From: Octopus sinensis
Lineage: Eukaryota
Reading direction: 5' to 3'
Assembly: GCF_006345805.1 (NCBI RefSeq)
Contig: NC_043003.1
Span: forward strand, 88,536,001-88,600,000
DNA: 64,000 nt
In this document: piece after piece, positions 63,111-64,000 of the stretch
How positions within the stretch are numbered: the first letter of the stretch is position 1
Layout: each line of letters starts with the position of its first letter
Program-made: the position numbers and the translations under genes
Notes under the pieces: generated by a model
Databases searched by the model: none
What the model saw: only the letters and a program-made list of their open reading frames with translations
Told to the model about the DNA's origin: nothing

Positions 63111-64000
63111 AGGCTTTGTGGCCCACATGCCAGTCAGAGATAACCTCTGAACAAAACAGTTAACATCGACTTATGATGAAGAGCCACTGTGTTGACATCA
63201 CATAATGCTTATAGGAAATGACAAGATATTTCTGTTGTCACACACACACATACAGAGGATCGTTACAGATCACCATGGTTTGTGGCTGGTTAAATTTTCC
63301 ATAATTTGTATAAAAACACATAATCAACAAAGTTTTTAGTATTTACTATTTACTATTTCTATATAAACTCAACCTATAAATAATTCGTAGCATGGTATGA
63401 AATAGACTTGGAAAGCTGATATTTAGAAAAAAAAAATTCATCAGAAATTGTTTCTACACAAGCAAAATTATAGTTCAACTTCAATTGAAATTATGATCAG
63501 CTTTTTTTTATTTTGCAATTCATGAGAGGATGAAAATAAAGTAAAATAAATAAATAGCATCAAGAGGTTAAGCTTTTATTAAAGTTAAATTTTATTTTTT
63601 CAGAATTCATACAATACAATTAAATCCCTTAAAAATTTGAGGATTTTAGCAACTGATTACATTGTTTATCTTTCATAAATCCTATGACAAGAGTTGAAAA
63701 TGATTTTTTTTTGTAACAAAAATTTGCCTGTACTCTTTTCATTTGTCACAAGTCCACCTTGTTCTGTAAGCCGAGTAGATTGTAATTAAAAAAAAAAGAA
63801 AAATTTATATTTGACAGGAAAAATACCTTTTTTTACTTGATTTCAAAATTTAAAAATCTGTGACACCAACAGAAAAAATATTTAAAAAAAAACAAACTTA
63901 GGTAATTTCGTATTTGACGTTCATAAAATCATAGTTATGCCCAAAGTTTATTTCAATAAAGCATTTAGTAGTCATAAGTGGTACACATTGCAAACAGCGA

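Overview
AT-rich, repeat-saturated animal genomic DNA. The mix of tRNA-SINEs, RTE-LINE tails ending in (ATG)n and long (TA)n/(CA)n tracts suggests a cephalopod such as Octopus, but this is inference. Most of the window is decayed mobile DNA: RTE, Tx1/L1, CRE-like and HERO-like non-LTR elements, Penelope-like elements (PLEs), mariner, piggyBac MITEs, Merlin, non-autonomous Helitrons and SINEs. Host coding sequence is sparse. It comprises (i) a 96-nt WHEP-domain first coding exon of a probable histidyl-tRNA synthetase (5222-5317, -), too short for the ORF track; (ii) a second, diverged 96-nt paralogue of that exon 12 kb upstream (17089-17184, -); and (iii) an intronless, divergent BUD23/WBSCR22-family methyltransferase ORF with a mitochondrial-presequence-like N-terminal extension (44558-45382, +). 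The most striking non-coding structure is a near-identical 2 x 593-bp tandem (27591-28771). Each unit carries an intact type I hammerhead ribozyme on the - strand, a retrozyme-like or PLE-derived architecture that could release a 593-nt RNA. Several other hammerhead-like motifs are dispersed through the window. All structures were read by eye, and element boundaries are approximate unless TSDs or TIRs are given.
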